28,963 bases of DNA from an uncultured Oscillospiraceae bacterium (GTDB lineage Bacteria > Bacillota > Clostridia > UMGS1883), in NCBI GenBank assembly GCA_964442035.1, contig CAYTWZ010000002.1, forward strand, positions 2,211-31,173. The letters run 5' to 3'. Made by a program: the position numbers and the translations under genes. Below, in pieces: positions 25,524 through 28,963 of the stretch; within the stretch, counting starts at the first letter, position 1, and every line of letters starts with the position of its first letter. Under the pieces are notes generated by a model. That model ran no database searches. It was not told where the DNA came from and saw only the letters and a program-made list of their open reading frames with translations.

Positions 25524-26162
25524 ATGTTCATTGTGAATTGGTGGAATGCCATGACAGCGGCTCAGCACGGGTTTTTGTATGTAGCGGTTCCGGCTACTTT
25601 AGTACTGGTCATTCAGACACTGTTGCTGATGTTTGGCATAGGCGACAGTGACGGTGATGTGCCGGACGGGGATATTCCCGATGTGGATGTTGGCGATGGA
25701 AATTTTCAGGCGGTGGAGGATTTCTCCAACTGCGATGTTTCCGGTGACTTGGACGGTGATCTGAGGATATTTACGGTCAGGGGTATGGTTGCGTTTTTCT
25801 CGGTGTTTGGCTGGTCAGGCGCGGCAATACTCGGAGGCGGACTTCCGCTGTGGTTTTCCGTTGTGGGGGCTGTAGTGGCGGGAGCTGCCGCAATGCTGGC
25901 GGTGGCGTTTATCGTCAAGTTTGCCCTTAATCTTCAGCAGTCGGGCAATATCAATCCCCGCAATGCCGTGGGTAAGTCCGGAACGGTTTATATAACTGTT
26001 CCTCCGGCTCGAAGCGGCAGCGGAAAGGTCAATCTTGTGCTTCAGGAGCGCTACTCCGAAATGGAAGCTGTTACCGATGGAGAACAGCCAATTTCGCCCG
26101 GTCGTGAAGTAACTGTAGTTGGAACTACAACAATGGGAACACTTATAGTTAGGGAAAAGTAA
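25524..26162 (+). CDS. NfeD-like membrane protein (YuaF family) with C-terminal OB-fold
   Basis: ATG at 25524 follows AAGGGGG. Two to three TM helices and a C-terminal beta-rich domain (…GKSGTVYITVPPARSGSGKVNLVLQERYSEMEAV…VTVVGTTTMGTLIV). The upstream in-frame extension to 25407 is non-coding by comparison with copy A. Confidence 0.7.
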   Translation: MFIVNWWNAMTAAQHGFLYVAVPATLVLVIQTLLLMFGIGDSDGDVPDGDIPDVDVGDGNFQAVEDFSNCDVSGDLDGDLRIFTVRGMVAFFSVFGWSGAAILGGGLPLWFSVVGAVVAGAAAMLAVAFIVKFALNLQQSGNINPRNAVGKSGTVYITVPPARSGSGKVNLVLQERYSEMEAVTDGEQPISPGREVTVVGTTTMGTLIVREK

Positions 26163-26184
26163 AAAATAGGGGAGGAAAATTGTT

Positions 26185-27561
26185 ATGACTGTTTTAATTC
26201 TGATCTGCGTTATCGTTGTGCTGCTTTTGTCAACGATCATGCTCATCGTCAGCCGTTACCGCAAATGCCCCTCTGACAAGGTAATGGTCATCTACGGTAA
26301 GGTGGGGGCTAACAGCGACGGCACAAGCCGTAGCGCCAAGTGCATCCACGGCGGCGCGGCCTTTATCTGGCCGGTGATCCAGGCCTACGAATATCTGGAT
26401 CTTACGCCTATTTCCATAAGCGTTGATCTTAAAAACGCACTGTCACGGCAAAATATACGTATTGACGTACCAAGTCGCTTCACAGTAGGCATATCCACAG
26501 AAAACGGCATTATGCAGAATGCCGCCGAAAGGCTTTTGGGACTTAAGCTGTCCGAAATTCAGGAGCTTGCCAGGGATATCATATTCGGTCAGCTACGTCT
26601 TATCATTGCGACTATGGATATTGAGGAGATCAATACCGACCGTGATAAGTTCCTTGAGGCTGTGAGCCGCAATGTGGAAAGCGAGCTTAAAAAGATCGGT
26701 CTGCGTCTCATCAACGTAAACGTAACCGACATCACTGACGAAAGCGGATATATCGCTGCTCTTGGTAAGGAAGCGGCAGCCAAGGCCATCAACGATGCCA
26801 AGCAGTCCGTTGCGGAAAAGGATCGTGACGGCGCCATTGGTCAGGCCAACGCCCAGAGGGATCAGCGTATCTCCGTATCTGAAGCAAACAGCCTTGCCAT
26901 AACCGGTGAGAACGAGGCTCAGATAACCATTGCCAAGTCTAACGCTGTTCGCCGTGAGCAGGAGGCCGAAGCTCTTCGCAGGGCTACTGCCGCCGAAAAA
27001 ATTCAGGAGGCAAAAGCCCTTGAGGATGCCTACGGTGCCGAAAAAGAGGCCGAAATGGCCCGTGCCGCCAGAGAGCAGGCCACTCTTGAGGCTGATGTGC
27101 TCGTAAAGGCCGAGATCGAAAAGCGTCAGAAGGAAATCGCAGCCGCCGCCGAAGCGGAGCAGTTGCGTATTAAGGCACAAGGCGAGGCGGACGCCATATT
27201 TGCAAAAATGGCCGCCGAGGCAAAGGGTATGCAGGAAATTCTTACCAAGCAGGCGGAGGGCTTTGAAAAGATCGTTGCCGCCGCCGGAGGCAACGCATCC
27301 GATGCCATGAGGCTTATGCTTGCCGACAAGATGGAGGAGCTTATGCGCATACAGGTCGATGCCATCAAGAATATTAAGATCGACAAGGTCACTGTATGGG
27401 ACAACGGTAAGGAGGGCAATTCCACAGCCAACTTTATCAGCTCTATGGCTAAAGCTGTGCCTCCTATGAGCGAACTGTTCGACATGGCGGGCATGAAGCT
27501 GCCGGAGTATCTTGGCAAGAAAAAGGAAGCGCCCGCCGCCGACGCGGAAGCAGTGGGGTAA
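26185..27561 (+). CDS. floT: Flotillin / SPFH (band 7) family protein
   Basis: N-terminal TM helix, SPFH domain, and a long Ala/Glu-rich coiled-coil with EA repeats. Immediately downstream of nfeD, matching the Bacillus yuaF-floT arrangement. Confidence 0.8.
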   Translation: MTVLILICVIVVLLLSTIMLIVSRYRKCPSDKVMVIYGKVGANSDGTSRSAKCIHGGAAFIWPVIQAYEYLDLTPISISVDLKNALSRQNIRIDVPSRFTVGISTENGIMQNAAERLLGLKLSEIQELARDIIFGQLRLIIATMDIEEINTDRDKFLEAVSRNVESELKKIGLRLINVNVTDITDESGYIAALGKEAAAKAINDAKQSVAEKDRDGAIGQANAQRDQRISVSEANSLAITGENEAQITIAKSNAVRREQEAEALRRATAAEKIQEAKALEDAYGAEKEAEMARAAREQATLEADVLVKAEIEKRQKEIAAAAEAEQLRIKAQGEADAIFAKMAAEAKGMQEILTKQAEGFEKIVAAAGGNASDAMRLMLADKMEELMRIQVDAIKNIKIDKVTVWDNGKEGNSTANFISSMAKAVPPMSELFDMAGMKLPEYLGKKKEAPAADAEAVG

Positions 27562-27631
27562 AGCTGTAACCTAAGGAAACGCTGAATAATTTACGCCTAC
27601 GGTTTAAAACAAACCTTGGCGATTAATTCAC

Positions 27632-27661
27632 CGGCAGCTCGGTTAAAAAGCCGAGCTGCCG
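27632..27661 (+). terminator. GC-rich hairpin downstream of floT (probable terminator)
   Basis: cggcagctcgg-ttaaaaag-ccgagctgccg, an 11-bp perfect stem. No U-tract follows. Confidence 0.4.
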
Positions 27662-27709
27662 CAAGTATTCATGTGCCTTTTGCCTTGCCTCGAAAAAATA
27701 TTCTTTGCC

Positions 27710-27736
27710 AATCAGCATTTTAAAATTAAACAACGC
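27710..27736 (+). promoter_or_regulatory. AATCAG-box related element, copy S4 (aatcagcattttaaaattaaacaacgc), immediately upstream of a -35 hexamer
   Basis: Matches S2 at ~20 of 26 positions. It lies ~12 nt upstream of the TTGACA of the LRR-protein promoter. Confidence 0.35.
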
Positions 27737-27748
27737 TTCATTTAATAT

Positions 27749-27776
27749 CTTGACAGGTCATCAAAATGTGATATAA
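27749..27776 (+). promoter_or_regulatory. Sigma-A promoter with extended -10 (TTGACA-16-TGTGATATAAT) for the LRR surface protein gene
   Basis: ttgaca…atgtgatataat. The -10 context is identical to that of the promoter at 24796-24824. Confidence 0.55.
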
Positions 27777-27863
27777 TAAATGTTGAAATGATGAACGTAT
27801 CCCGTATTTGTTGAGCTTGCCTCATTCATCATTCTATCACTTTTTAGAAAGAAGGTTCTATGT

Positions 27864-28963
27864 ATGAGCAAAGGAAAGCTTTTGCCGATACTGATGAGTC
27901 TGACAATGTTGGGCTCATCGGTCAGTATCCCCGTTTCCGCGGCGGAATACACCGACAATCAGATAGCGGACACGGTAGCCCGTGTAGCTGTGACGGAGAT
28001 TTTTGCCACGGATGTGAGCGAACCCTCTGAGGATGAATTTATTGCTCCTGCCGAAGATGTAGAAGAGAACGAGGCGGAAAAAGCGTCACAGGAGGATGCT
28101 TATGTCATGACAGACAGCGATGTTAAACTGTTCGCGGATTCATTGACATATGAAAACCTGCAATACGAAGTAAATGACGGCAATATTACAATAGTGGGCT
28201 GCAATGACGGTGTGGAAAGTATTGATATTCCCGCAACTATCGATGGGGAAGCAGTTACGAGTATTTCCGCTTACGCTTTCAGCGGACATTCAGATTTAAA
28301 AAAGCTCACCATACCGGAGGGAGTGACATATCTCGGGGCTTACTTTTTGACGGGAACAGCCGTAGAGAGGCTGACCATCCCCTCCACAGTGACGGAATCC
28401 GGGGGCAGCATCAACGGCGCGTTGGCCGGTTCCGCGGTTACAGAGCTGACCTTTGCGCCGGGCACGGTAAAAATTCCGAATAACATTTGCCGCAGCGATT
28501 CGCAGGGCAGTCTGCTTGAGATAGTCAATTTGCCGGACGGAGTGGAGACTATCGGAGATTGTGCTTTTACAAACGCCAAGAGCCTGACAAGGTGTGACCT
28601 CCCGGAGTCCGTTGTTACGATAGGAAATAACGCTTTTCAGAACTGCGTCAGTCTGGACGGCGAGATAAATATTCCCGCCAGTGTAAAAACTATCGGAGAT
28701 TACGCATTTGATGGCTGCAAAAGTATTACAAGCGTAAAAACCAACCTGAACACAAGCTCCGAGTGGGTAGGGACGGATAAAGTTTCCTTTTCAGCAACAA
28801 TTGGAAAGATGGCTTTCCGGAACTGCACTTCAATGAACGGTTTTGAGCTTGCCGCCAGCGTGAAAACGCTGAATAACTATGCGTTCGAGGGCTGCTCATC
28901 CCTGAGCGAGCTCACCATACCGGAGGGAGTGACATATCTCGGGGCTTACTTTTTGACGGGAAC
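27864..28963 (+). CDS. BspA-type leucine-rich-repeat cell-surface protein (5' partial; continues beyond the window)
   Basis: RBS GAAAGAAGG, then ATG at 27864. Signal peptide MSKGKLLPILMSLTMLGSSVSIPVSAA. Repeated LRR_5-type units (…IPEGVTYLGAYFL…, …LPDGVETIGDCAFTNAKSL…, …IPASVKTIGDYAFDGCKSI…). Open to the window end. Confidence 0.7.
   Translation, partial: MSKGKLLPILMSLTMLGSSVSIPVSAAEYTDNQIADTVARVAVTEIFATDVSEPSEDEFIAPAEDVEENEAEKASQEDAYVMTDSDVKLFADSLTYENLQYEVNDGNITIVGCNDGVESIDIPATIDGEAVTSISAYAFSGHSDLKKLTIPEGVTYLGAYFLTGTAVERLTIPSTVTESGGSINGALAGSAVTELTFAPGTVKIPNNICRSDSQGSLLEIVNLPDGVETIGDCAFTNAKSLTRCDLPESVVTIGNNAFQNCVSLDGEINIPASVKTIGDYAFDGCKSITSVKTNLNTSSEWVGTDKVSFSATIGKMAFRNCTSMNGFELAASVKTLNNYAFEGCSSLSELTIPEGVTYLGAYFLTG
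28305..28963. repeat. Internal direct repeat in the LRR gene: 53 nt or more identical at 28305-28357 and 28911-28963, 606-nt period
   Basis: ctcaccataccggagggagtgacatatctcggggcttactttttgacgggaac occurs twice. The second copy is truncated by the window edge. Confidence 0.8.

Noticed and set aside
1-28963. CRISPR arrays, tRNA or rRNA genes, transposase or integrase genes, toxin-antitoxin or defence-system gene clusters
   Set aside because: No short regularly spaced direct repeats, no cloverleaf-like conserved tRNA segments, and no ORFs with transposase, integrase, nuclease or ATPase defence signatures were found on either strand. All large ORFs are accounted for by metabolic, envelope or transport functions.

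Overview
This 29 kb window has the gene content of a Firmicutes (Clostridia-like) chromosome; that taxon is inferred from gene content only. Read left to right it holds: tsaA; a GtrA-like/EamA (DMT) fusion membrane protein; a two-gene capsule-type regulatory module (fused Wzz/BY-kinase plus PHP tyrosine phosphatase) with no glycosyltransferases nearby; an uncharacterised polytopic membrane protein; a minus-strand cluster (S41 C-terminal protease, DALR-like protein, DUF1934, murI, metallophosphoesterase, gpmI, tpiA, pgk); a 1085-aa secreted beta-helix repeat protein with an exact 2x324-bp tandem duplication; a potABCD polyamine ABC transporter; a large nucleotidyltransferase/PGM-like fusion protein; an HTH(DUF1836-like)-NfeD-flotillin operon; and the 5' part of a BspA-type LRR surface protein. 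No rRNA, tRNA, CRISPR array or transposase was recognised. Two non-coding signals are not explained by the gene models and are the most interesting items. (1) A ~110-nt conserved, hairpin-rich element occurs twice in the same orientation. Each copy begins on the stop codon of the upstream gene and ends just upstream of the ribosome-binding site (RBS) of a membrane-protein gene (the unknown membrane protein, and nfeD-flotillin). Its nucleotide conservation with frame-breaking indels argues for a structured RNA or insertion-like element rather than coding sequence. (2) A recurrent AATCAGC(R)TTTTAGAAT(Y)AATCAG box, with an extended GCTTCCTT arm, occurs four times in 5' regions of glycan and surface genes: cps-like, nucleotidyltransferase, the divergent intergenic region, and the LRR protein promoter. 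Other observations: a PGM-like domain lacking its catalytic Ser and metal loop, a BY-kinase without a C-terminal Tyr cluster, a terminator-like hairpin immediately after the potA promoter, several bidirectional terminators, and internal DNA repeats in surface-protein genes. Coordinates of non-CDS features were derived by hand from the printed sequence and may be off by 1-2 nt.
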